Assembly: GCA_049999805.1 (NCBI GenBank)
Contig: JBNGIO010004611.1
Location: 62,001 to 108,329 of the forward strand
Direction: 5' to 3'
DNA length: 46,329 nt
Source: Folioceros fuciformis
Taxonomy: Eukaryota
Below the pieces are notes generated by a model. That model had not been told where the DNA came from. It saw only the letters and a list, made by a program, of their open reading frames with translations, and searched no databases. Shown here piece after piece: positions 36,159 to 46,329 of the stretch. Numbering within the stretch: position 1 is the first letter of the stretch; the number at the start of each line of letters is the position of its first letter. The position numbers and the translations under genes are program-made.

Positions 36159-36535
36159 TCATGGTGCAGTGTGCAAGCTGAGCAGAGTAATTGCTTGGTT
36201 TCCAGGCATGAAATACCTGGTAGGCAGAAGTGGAGTTGGCATGCTGACTCGCTCGCTCACACGCAGCAGCACACCCTGTTTCGCAGGCGTCCTCCACACT
36301 GATGTAGCAACAGGTTGCATCCCCCTGCGTCGCCATGCTCTGGTTGCAAAGTCCTTCAACCTATGACCGGCATACTGCCAGTGAGCTCTTCCTGAACAAC
36401 CCCGGACTACGCACAAGAGGAAGCAACGCCGATCCCGACCCCGACTCGTACCTGAGCAAAAACTCTAATCGTATGCCGTCCCGCTTGCTCCAAGGCCGTT
36501 ATACCTTTCACCGCAATGCGTCGGTAGTCCAACAT
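36159..36535 (-). CDS. Putative 75-aa protein of unknown function encoded by 3 exons (not visible as one ORF)
   Basis: Exons 36535-36452, 36360-36275, 36216-36159 with GT-AG introns of 91 and 58 nt give MLDYRRIAVKGITALEQAGRHTIRVFAQVEGLCNQSMATQGDATCCYISVEDACETGYFMPGNQAITLLSLHTAP*. AATAAA on the minus strand at 35775-35780. Confidence 0.6.
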
Positions 36536-37670
36536 GGTTCCCGTGGCTAACACAATGCGGCTGCAGCGCACTCCCGCAATCGAAGCCGCCGTGTTCGCAC
36601 TACTCCTCAAACTCTAACTCTCTCTGAGCGTCAGAACACTCAAGGCCTCCTCCCAGACGAAGCTTTATCCGCAAAATTCTCCCATGCCACGCCGCCTCAT
36701 CCGATGGCCGAACCACACCACCGCACCACGGCACGGCACGGCCTGAGCCGATCCGAGACACCAAAATGCGTGCGTACGAAATGAAGCAGCAACGAATCAG
36801 CCGCAATTAACACCGCAGCCGCCTCCTTCCGCTCCGAAGCCGATCAAATTGCCACTCCACTACTCTACTGTCAATGGCGCCAGTTCCCGCCCGGCGCGAT
36901 TGCACTCTCCACAACTGCAGCCTAGCCTGACGTATCCTAGCCTAGCGTAGCCTAGCAGCAGCAGTTCCTGCCGCCCTAGCCTCCCCAACGCTCCTCTCTC
37001 GCAGGCACACGGAGACGCAGAGGTGGAGGTGGAGCTGGAGCTGGAACTGGAGAGGAGCCAGAGCCAGAGCGGGAGCCGCAGCTTCAAGTCCTCCCACACT
37101 CCCCCTCGACCTCTCCCGCACTGGAGCTCGGCACGCCACAGCCAGATGCGATCCCAGGAGCACACACAAGGGGGACCAGTGTGTGCATCTCCCGCGCTTA
37201 AGAAGAGGAAAAGTGTGAAGCGCGCTCCATTGGGCACACCACCCGGCTTACACTTCCCGCCTCCTCCACAGGCTGGCAATGCGAGCGGGGGGAAGCTCCA
37301 GGCCAGGCGCAATACGGCGGCGTGCGAAACTCCGCTACTTTCCACTGACAGGTCTATCCTGAATACTTACCAGGCGACGGAGCGCGTCTCATTAACATTC
37401 TAATTCGATCCTAATTCAAAAAATGCGGGCCGCCATTGGACCTGGTATAATAATAGCATTAGCCACGCTTCACTTTGCTCCTCCATGCGCCAAACATCGT
37501 TGGTGGCTGGAACACAGGTGGGCGGCTGCAAACCTGGATTCTGCACTTATCAAAATGTCCTGCTCAGGGCACGTGGCACGGGCTTCCCCGTTCAAAGCCG
37601 CCCACATCGAGCCTTCGGGGCCCCCTTCTCTTTTTTTCTCCTCTTCTCTTCACCTCTGCTTGCTCGCTTA

Positions 37671-37771
37671 CTTGCTTGATGCCTCCCTCTCCTGGCTTGC
37701 TTGATGCCTCCCTCTCCTGGCTTGCTTGATGCCTCCCTCTGCTGGCTTGCTTGATGCCTCCCCTCTGCTGG
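37671..37771. repeat. 25-bp tandem repeat, 4 copies
   Basis: cttgcttgatgcctccctct(c/g)ctgg x4; the last copy has a 1-nt insertion. Confidence 0.95.
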
Positions 37772-38951
37772 TCCCTCTATGGACAGACCAAAGCATCTCT
37801 AGCAGGTAGATGTGTGGGGTCTCCAATCTGTGCGAGGCTCGAGGTGCACCCCGCCTCACCTGTGACCATGGCCCTCCATGAAACCTGCCTTCCAGAGCAG
37901 AGCCCTAGGCCCACCCACAACTTTTTCTCTCTGTGACTTTCACTTTCTGCCATGTGCAGCTTCAATGTTTCTCCCTCCTCATGCCTCGCATGTTGCACAC
38001 CAATTGTGTCGCCTAAGATTTCAAGCCATGAAGTCTCACTCCAGTAATGACATTCCTGTTAAAATAATCATGTGACATCCTCTCCTTTAAAACAAGGATA
38101 GAAAAAACCTCATATATCCCATATCGTCAGAAATACGAGATGCCCACCGACCTACCTACAACTAATGTCCATCACGTGTTCTTTCACATGGGTATGAGAT
38201 ACGTGTTAGCTCATCCCTCTTGGCATGACATGGCCTTGAGGACAAACATGGACTTATACCAGCACTGCAAAAGGACTCTCTTATTGGACAATGGAAGATG
38301 CTCACAACTTTATCGTATTATTTAACGCTCAATACCATCAAAGCTTGGTGTGGCTCTTGTCCTTGAAAAACTTGTTACATATAGCGTCCCCTCGGTGGAG
38401 GCTGTTGTAGTGGACAGAGGAGCCCGCTCTGGGTGGGTGAGGTGCGAGTTTGCGCTGTTCCTCTCTTCTTACGTCTGTATGTTCAAGTCTGGAGCCTGTA
38501 CGGGTCGTGGTAAGTGTCCTTGTCCACATTATGTCACCGAGGCGTACGAGGTCTCACCTGGACACCTGGCCAGGGACGGGCTTGCATTTATGGCCGGCGG
38601 GGTCGTGCGGGCCAAGCCTCAAGACCAGAGGCGACTGCGAGGACACGGATCTGCGACTCCAACACGTCGTTGTGATGGGGGCTTGCGGCGGCCGCGTCCT
38701 TCTCCTCGGGCCGGATGAACGTGCCCGCCCAGCCGCAGATCGCGTCCGTGACGGACACGGTTCCGGGCTGGATCCAACACTGAGTAGAGAAGGACTGTGT
38801 CCTCGGATGATGTGACAAGTCCCGCATTGCTGTGACGTGAAGTGTGGTAGTACAAAAAGCATGTAGTGGTACATGGTAGAGGCATTACAGTTGTTAACTT
38901 GCAAAGTCCCTTCTAGACCGTTCGGAATTAGGCTCTGCCTGCCTGCCGGTC

Positions 38952-41937
38952 TCACTGATGTTGTGCGGTTTGATCCAACTCCTCTACATGTTTGCTGATG
39001 ATTTGCGGGCAAGAGTGAGCCTTCAGGAGCTCCAGACGGTTGAACTGAGGAGCAAACCGGAGTGTGTAGTCCTCGTCTGAGAACAGCAAGTGCGGGTCAC
39101 AGGTTAGAACCAACACCCATCATGGGGACAATATGGTTCGCAGAAAACGGCACACACGCTCGGACACGCACTTTCTTTCACCGTTCCATACAGCCAGCAA
39201 AGTACACGGTCAGCGAATGCCAGACATACCCCTCCCTGGACACACAATTAAACTCAGTTAGCGTGTACGGATGCCATCCCCTGCTTGGCAACCACAATGG
39301 AAGCTTGATTAGCTTCCGTACCTCCCAATAATGCTTGGCCTTCACTCTATTGGTGATTTCCTTCAGTCCCATCACTTCCGTGCGCACGAGATGGCCTGTG
39401 TCATCTCTGTAATACAGCTTACACACTTGAGCTTGTTAGATAAAAGGTATATACTGCTCACACCAGAGTGCCTGGTATCCAACGTGTTGAATAAAATACC
39501 TGAATCCTACGATAATTCTGGAAACGCCTGCCAAGAAGGATTGTATCTGTCTCCACCAGTAACCAGTAGAAAAAAAATCAGGACGCGACAGTGTGACAAC
39601 AAGCTGGAGAAAAACTTGAAATTAGTCAGGGGAGAATGGCCTTCAGTGAATGGGCCATGCAGTACTCACCCAAAACTTCAGGAGCTTTTCCCTCTCGAAC
39701 TTGTCGACGGTATGACCTGCTAACTGCACCAAACATTTGGGTTAACAGATGACTCCGGTTGTCACTGCATTTTGAGCGTCCTGAAGCATCTGACTGTATG
39801 TGTATGTATACCTCTCGGCTTGTCTTCAGTTCTATGTAGTGTCGCTTACCATCCGGGTCACCCTCAAAACAGTCCATCTCTGCCCCCATAACTATCCTAT
39901 GGGCTCCTAACTTCGTACGAATGACAGCACAGTACTCCACGTTTGCATCAACAGCACCGGTATTGCTCCTAGACGTTCCATTGTTCTTTTGTCGACCTGC
40001 TTGACTGCTTGAAACAGATGGATCCTCGGTTGCAAGACGCTCAAAAGAATAACCCCAGTAGCTACTGCTCACACGCAAAAGGGATCACGAGTCAAAAATG
40101 AAGGACATCTGCACAGCTTGGCGATGGAGCTTAAGCTCAAAGTTCTCACATGAAGGTTTAGGTTTACGGGGCCTGCCCTCCTCACCTTCTCTGCTGAAGA
40201 TCATTCTGTGTCTCTGGCAACTTGTGCACATCGAGATAAACAGTGCCACACCGCTTGTGTACACCCATCTTCCAAGCCTCGTACCTATTGTAAGCTGTTC
40301 CCAGGATCTGCAGAAATGGAACACCATGCTTCACCTCCATAGACTTTGGTCAAGTGACCAGTAAAAGAGACAACTAGAAAGGAGCGCATGCATACAGATA
40401 TCTCACCTTGTTAAGATTGTTTCGGAATGTCTGAGAAAAACGCATACACTAACGAGTCAGTGATACACTTCCACCTAGTGCACGTTAACCTGAAAAGCAG
40501 CATCCAGCATCGTCTGCCTCACCACGAAGTGAATGTTGTCAAGCGATATCCTTTTGGTCCTCAGGCAAGCAAGTAGATCACCAAATCCTTCGCTTCCTGC
40601 ATCTGCAGTACGCTCATCCCTGTCATTGTCCCTTCCAAGTGCAACCAGAGCGGTCATTCCAGTTCACTGTCTAGTTTCAGGAAAGCATGTGTCTCTGTAA
40701 ACATGTCCTGGTGACGCAATAGCTTTCAAAGAACGCCGAAAAACCTTTTTTTGCCACAAAGCTTTCATAGCCTTCATTTAGATCAGTTCCAATTTCCGTC
40801 AGAACAGCCCTCCGGAAGCGCCTCTGCACATCACCAAAGGTATCAACACCTTGACAGTTTTAATCCCAAAAACCTACCGGGCCAAGACATACAAGACAGC
40901 AAACGTACCAAGCAGCGCTCATCAAAGTGGACATTGCCATCCGCAGTCCGGCTGTAGCCCGCAATCTGTGAGGGCTGTGTTCCAACAAGATGGTGACAAG
41001 AACGTCAGTCCCCTGAAGCCAAAATAGCAATGACCATGGTACTCCAAAATTCTGCCATGTCTTCCAGTCAAACTTGACAGTCATCAGCTAACCTCTTGAA
41101 ACTGCGGGCACTTGCTGCGGAGGACCTCGTCCTGGTGACCAACTGCACCAAGCTTCATATCAGCCACAAGTGCTTCATTGGCTTGGGGAGCCGCTGACCG
41201 GCCGGCCCAGGCCATACCAGTCTGCCAAACTGGAGGAGTGGGCAGCAGGGCTCTCTGGGAAGGGCCTTTGTCATTAAACCGCCCTTGACCTCCCTTATCT
41301 CCGAATCTGCCACCAGGAGGAGGACCTTTGTCGTTGTATCTACCACCCATGTGCCCATTTCGAGCATCCCTGTAATCTTGTTTCCGAGGGAATTGAGGTG
41401 GAGGTAAACCTGCAGCATAACCGAAGTTGCCAGTGTCAAACAAATGCCAAAACCAGCTTCTTCCCGATCCAACTCAGTGCAGACACTGTGAGGTCATCAG
41501 GCCAGGCGCCAAGCTGTGGGAACCATATGCCGTGAAAAGTAAATAAACAGTGTAGCAGTCATACGTGGGGGTTTCAGCCGACTCTGGGCTGTCGTCTGCG
41601 TGTACTCCACATTGTCAGGTCCAAACAGATCGGCGTCTGGATCTCCCTCCCCATCTTCTTCGTCACTTTCTTCATCATCATCGTCACGATCCTCATCCTC
41701 ATCGTCATCATCTCCATCTTCCACCACCTCCACCTCTTCTACGACCTCAACCGCATCCCCATCCTCATCGTCCACAACCTCCACTACCTCCTCCTCTTCG
41801 TCATCTCCCTCCTCCTCCTCACCTTCATCAATTTCATCCCCCTCATCCTCCTCTTCACCACCGTCAACTTGATCCCCATCCCCATCCTCCTCCACGTCAT
41901 GCTTCCCCCTTCCAAACGCATCCGGAGCCTTGCTCAT
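38952..41937 (-). CDS. DXO1: DXO/RAI1-family NAD-cap decapping exoribonuclease with an acidic N-terminal extension, multi-exon
   Basis: Spliced motifs [61 protein letters not shown]; last exon ends ..DQTAQHQ* at 38952; D/E-rich first exon 41937-41565. Confidence 0.92.
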
Positions 41938-42432
41938 CTCTCAATCGATACCAACGACACCACGTTTCCTTCAACCCTGAATTCTGAGTGTCAAATTCAA
42001 ATCTGGCCTATCCCACCTCGCTTAGATTTCTAAGCTCCCTGCCCCAGCAGCCCGGAAACCCAGAATTCCCAAAATTTCCGACTCGCAGGTGCGTACATGA
42101 ATATCAAGTTGCGTAATTCTCGAACTCCCCGACCTGACGTCCGCACCGAGTCTTCATCGTCCGATGACCAAGATCCATGTTCCCTTCTCGCAGCAACCTG
42201 CTTTCATCCTTGGCCGCCTTGAAGCAGACACAGACCAGCGTCCGCACAACGTGCAAGTGCCTGATAGAGCGTGAATAAATTACTAACCTACAACTTTAAA
42301 TACCGACTTGCATGACATTAAACCTATCATCGGACGCACACAGAACATCCTCACAATGGCAAAGCCCGGGGCCGGAAGCAGCTGCTCTTGAATCAGAGGC
42401 GAAGACGCAAAACTGGTCGGGTCGGCACTGCA

Positions 42433-43398
42433 ATGGAAGCTCGCCTGCTTGCTGTCAGCCCTGCAAGCGGGGGCGCCTGCTGTTCCAGGAGCTGGGACTC
42501 CAACACCCAGTCCCCTCGGGTCGGCTCAGGCTTCTGGGGCGGGGCTCTAGGAACCCGCAGCCGGCCATGGCCACAGCAGCAGCAGCATCAACTGGCTGCG
42601 CCGGGATGGGCTCGGGCGTACATGGAGAAACCCAGGTCGCCGGTGCTGGACTTCTTCAGCAAGGTGCAGGGATCGCTTCCCATCGTGGGGCTGATCACGC
42701 GGATTCTGAGTGACGAGGGGGGCGTCGGAACGGACAGGCTACATTTCGTGGAATTCTGCACCAAGGTGGAGAAGAAGCTGTCGCGGGAGGAGGCCCAGGC
42801 GTTTTTCGCCTTCTCCGAGCGGCACGGCAAGGTCTGGTTTGTGACGAGATTTGGTTTCTAGGGTTTTGAGTGACGGGCCGGGCGGGCCTCATGGTTTGCG
42901 TTTGGCAGGTTGCCAAGCCGCAGTACGTCTTGATATGGTGCTGGGCAGCTGCCGTCGGTGCAGGTCTGTTGAGAAGCGAGGACTTGCTACTTGGAGCGGC
43001 GCGCCTGCGAGTGTCGTACGACATTCAGTACGAGACGGAGACCTTCGATCTGCTCATGGATGATGCCGCAAAGGTGACACACCTTTCCTTCCTTCCTTTC
43101 CCCCCACTGTGCTCTGCCAGCGGTTGCTGACACCGCTGCCCGTCCTTGCTGTTTGCAGAAACGAAGCAAATCCAGGTCACCGCTTCCCAACGTCCCCATG
43201 GCTGCTCGAGCAGAGAAGGCCTTGCAGGGTATCTGCAAGTGCTGCATTGGGACAGATATGCTGTCTGAAGAAGATGCGACGTTTCTCACCACCATCCTGT
43301 CTGCTGTTTTCCCTTCAGTGGCAAAAGCTGAAATTGAACAGCTAGTCAGCGCTAGGTTGCCACAGCCCTCTGCTGCGCAATCCGACACAGGGCGATGA
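42433..43398 (+). CDS. PSA3: Photosystem I assembly factor PSA3, chloroplast; 3 exons, 267 aa
   Basis: Exons 42433-42831, 42909-43073, 43159-43398. Transit-peptide-like N-terminus, then GSLPIVGLITRILSDEGGVG, WAAAVGAGLLRSE, RAEKAL..CC..EED..LSAVFPSV. Confidence 0.92.
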
Positions 43399-43840
43399 TG
43401 TAGAGGTTGCTGAAATCTCCAAATGCCTCTGCTGAGAGCATCTTGAAGCCGCAACCTTCGAAATGCGGGTTAAAGTTTTGTGGAAGCAACGATGATAAAC
43501 CCTTCCTGATACTACTCTCCACCATGAACCCATTGAAACGTCTTTATGTTGGTTCACCTTCATCTCTTCCCATCATAGAAAGTTGATGCCAAAAAAATCC
43601 CTGTACATGCAAGGCATATCGTCCAACATTGTAAGTGTTGCTGTACAGTACGAAGCTTTAGGAAACACGAGCGATAGTCTTTGAAGCTGTGCGAAAGGCT
43701 CTTCCTTCTGTCCACCTAATTGGAGTTAATAGGTTTAACTATGTAAATTATCTCATTTTCCCTTCCATTTCATCTGCCTATGCTTTGAACTCCTGTAAGT
43801 AGGTCCATAGGTAGTGTTTATGGGTTCAATTTACATAACC

Positions 43841-44470
43841 ATGAAGGCATCCAATCCTATAGATCAACAAAGACCTCCATGGTATACACAAACATATCTT
43901 GAGGTGACTCCTAGCATTGGTATGACATTGAAAGAACCTACTTCGGACTATTCATGTTCACTTGGTCTATGAGCTTCAATTTACAAAGCTCACGTATGTT
44001 TACTAATCCAGAAACAAACAAGTGTTTCTTTACCCTTGAGAAGGAAATGCAAAGATCTTTGATAAAGAATGTCCAGACAAGTGTGAGACATGGATAGGGT
44101 CTTTTCTCTAGAACTCTGTACTACACAATTGCTGAAGAGATTTTAACTGTGAAGAGTGTTCGTGCTGCTGTGATGGAGTTCAAAACAGGGCAAAGAGAGG
44201 TTTCATCTTTGCCAATGATAGAAAGACATTACTTCAGGAATTGTTTATTAAGGAGCTTTGACTTTACATTTGGATTTTGTGTACCTCATTCTACAAACAC
44301 TTGGGATGTTTGTTTACAATCTTCCAACTTAGTCTTGTGCAATGATAGAGGATATGATGAAACATCCATTTGAGACCAAATCTGACAGTTTCTTTTTTGT
44401 GGATGACACCCTCATCATGCATACTAAAGCAGAGTATGCTTACCAAGAACAAATATTTACACATGAATAA
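43841..44470 (+). pseudogene. UNC119: UNC119 (GMP-PDE delta fold) pseudogene, no introns apparent
   Basis: MIERHYFRNCLLRSFDFTFGFCVPHSTNTW and [27 protein letters not shown] match UNC119 signatures. Frameshift near 44310, in-frame TAG near 44330, and a further break near 43965. Confidence 0.85.
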
Positions 44471-44774
44471 CACACATTCATCATGTCAATAACTTTTAAG
44501 TATGTGATTAGGTATTCCTTTAGGGACTCTATGGCTACATTCTATCATTCCTTGTAGTTGTTTTCACTTTTACAAGGAGTGTTTGCAATGCTTCATCCAA
44601 AGCCTAACTGCTATTTCATGGGAACCTAACTGCCGTGTCCACCCATTCATTGGAACAACTTCATTTGCTCACTCTCTTGTACACTTGCTTAGTAAAGGTT
44701 CTTCATCAGCTTCTCAAATCCATAGCCTAGTTTGTATGTTAGGACTCAAAACTCATTTCAACTGATAAAGAAAA

Positions 44775-46069
44775 ATGTGGCAAGAAATAAAGAACCGTGC
44801 AGTTGCCACTTGCTCAGAATATATCCGAGATGCTGGGTTACTAGGGCCTTGTCCAAGTTCTCAAAGCAGTCAGAAAATACAAACATGGGTTCCAAATACC
44901 TTAAAAGCTCAGATTGCAGCATATGCACTTCAATGGCACCGTGCTCTTCCTCTCAGGGGAATTATAATTGGACAAACTCCTACAAGTTATGATAAAGGAA
45001 GCCCAAGCACTGCTGAAACAGCTCCACCTTTAGCTGCTAGCTTCTCCTTTTCAGAACATTGTGAAATTCCAGCTACATCTGAGATTTTGGCACACGAAAT
45101 AAGCCTTTGCGGTAAGAACATAACATGCTCCTTCAAGAGGGAATACATGAAGAGGAGTCTACTTACTGACCTATCTTAATTCATACCAGTGAATTGAAAT
45201 TTGTAGGGAAAGATAGGAAGATTGTATTGGAGGCTATTAGAGATTGTTGGAAGCTCGTGGACCATGGTGTTCTATCCATTTTCTCCCTTCCACTAGGAAT
45301 GGAAAACCGGTTTGACTGGTCTCCAGCTACAGAGAGCGATACACTTCAAATGCAAATTCTTGCAAGATGTCTTTGTGACTTGATTTCATTGTCAGCAGAG
45401 ATGGGACCTCGAGGAACTACAATTGTGGTTGCCATGGGGAGATGGGCACACGATTTGTCCTCTGAGCTGAGGAGACAGTTCAATGAAAAGCTTCACGAGG
45501 GGAGGAGTAAATATTGGACATTGGATATTCGTGCCTCTCTTTACCATCCTGCTAGAACCTGGCATAAATTCAACACTCGGAGTCCAGATCATATTACCAT
45601 GGGCCGTGAAGATGAGTTACTATTACTTCACAACCTTTTAATGCTCGGAAGAGATTTCTCACAAACAACTGATGTTATACAAGCAAACAAAAACATAAGA
45701 ACAACCAACACAGTAGGTCATGCAAATACGCTAGGTCATGCTAATACCAATGCAGTATGTCACACCAATGGAAATGGAGGTGCATTTCAACCTAAGCCAC
45801 ACTCTAGAGGTGTTGGAAAAAATGTTTATGATCATCCAACAAGAAATAATGGTTATGATGATGTGAATGATAATTCAAACTATAATTTGGATCACTCAAT
45901 AAGAAACAATGGTTATGATGATGTAAATGAGAATTCAATCTGTACTAATCACCCCATCCCAGCTGCCCCTCAGTTTCGAAGGCCACACATAGATAGAATG
46001 TCAAAGAAAACATATAGTTGTGATAGTGAAGATTCATGTATTACTATGACCTCAAATAATGAATATTAA
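44775..46069 (+). CDS. Divergent uracil-DNA-glycosylase-superfamily protein; 2 exons, ~399 aa, Asn-rich C-terminal tail
   Basis: Exons 44775-45111 and 45207-46069 joined in frame by a 95-nt GTAAG...TTTGTAG intron. UDG-like motifs in order: RGIIIGQTP, AASFS, IPATSEIL, HGVLSIF, IVVAMGRWA, YHPAR. An upstream exon cannot be excluded. Confidence 0.7.
45830..45949 (+). repeat. 60-bp coding tandem duplication (DH..RNNGYDDVN.NS x2)
   Basis: 45830-45889 and 45890-45949 share aagaaa(t/c)aatggttatgatgatgt.aatga.aattcaa. Confidence 0.85.
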
Positions 46070-46329
46070 ATAAAATAATAATGATCATTAAATGATCTAT
46101 ATATTATATAAATATTTCTGTAAATTATGGTATTTAAATAATAACTTAAATTTTAATATATCTTTTGATTACATAATAAAAACATCAAATTTTATCATAT
46201 TTTTAAATTATAAAATATATGTGTTTTGCAGAAAATTCACAGAAATAATATTTAAAAAAAAAACTCACAACAAGGGTAGTTTTTTAGATGGGGAATAGTG
46301 GGCACGTCTCCCTCTTGGCCTCTTGCTCT

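Noticed and set aside
36357-36391. UGA readthrough or frameshift after ..MPVIG* in the small gene
   Set aside because: The downstream CATAG acceptor gives a simpler continuous frame; no recoding signal is evident.
34900-38300. miRNA, tRNA or snoRNA genes in the gene-poor interval
   Set aside because: No conserved plant miRNA sequence, long hairpin or tRNA cloverleaf recognised by eye; an Rfam/Infernal scan is needed to exclude them.
38350-38830. GC-rich island with several 80-150-aa ORFs, possibly a gene fragment
   Set aside because: No recognisable family motif and no consistent exon structure; stops interrupt candidate frames.
46092-46298. 68-aa ORF in very AT-rich DNA
   Set aside because: I/F/K/N/Y composition mirrors the AT-rich low-complexity sequence; likely spurious.

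Overview
Eukaryotic nuclear DNA from a gene-dense plant genome with short (mostly 60-200 nt) GT-AG introns. A UNC119-like remnant and an ACS-like gene lacking the seed-plant ACS motif suggest a seed-free land plant, possibly a hornwort (inference). Positions 1-7.8 kb are nested LTR retrotransposons: a structurally complete but decayed Ty1/Copia element (751-5492, minus; 289-bp LTRs, AAAGC target-site duplication) lies inside the gag of an older plus-strand Copia, with a probable third LTR at the left edge. Positions 8.4-43.4 kb hold a GMC/cholesterol-oxidase-like plus alpha/beta-hydrolase fusion gene, an intronless ACC-synthase-like PLP enzyme, RBM39, YIF1, GCS1, BLOS2, TOC64/OM64-type amidase-TPR, TAF7, a hidden 3-exon 75-aa gene, DXO1 and PSA3. 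The AT-rich right end carries a UNC119 pseudogene and a spliced, highly divergent uracil-DNA-glycosylase-fold gene. Best leads: (1) the divergent UDG-like gene with replaced catalytic residues; (2) the GMC-hydrolase gene apparently sitting between two halves of a Copia LTR; (3) the unannotated microprotein gene; (4) an intronless TOC64 that keeps the amidase catalytic serine. All calls come from manual reading and motif recognition; no database searches were run.
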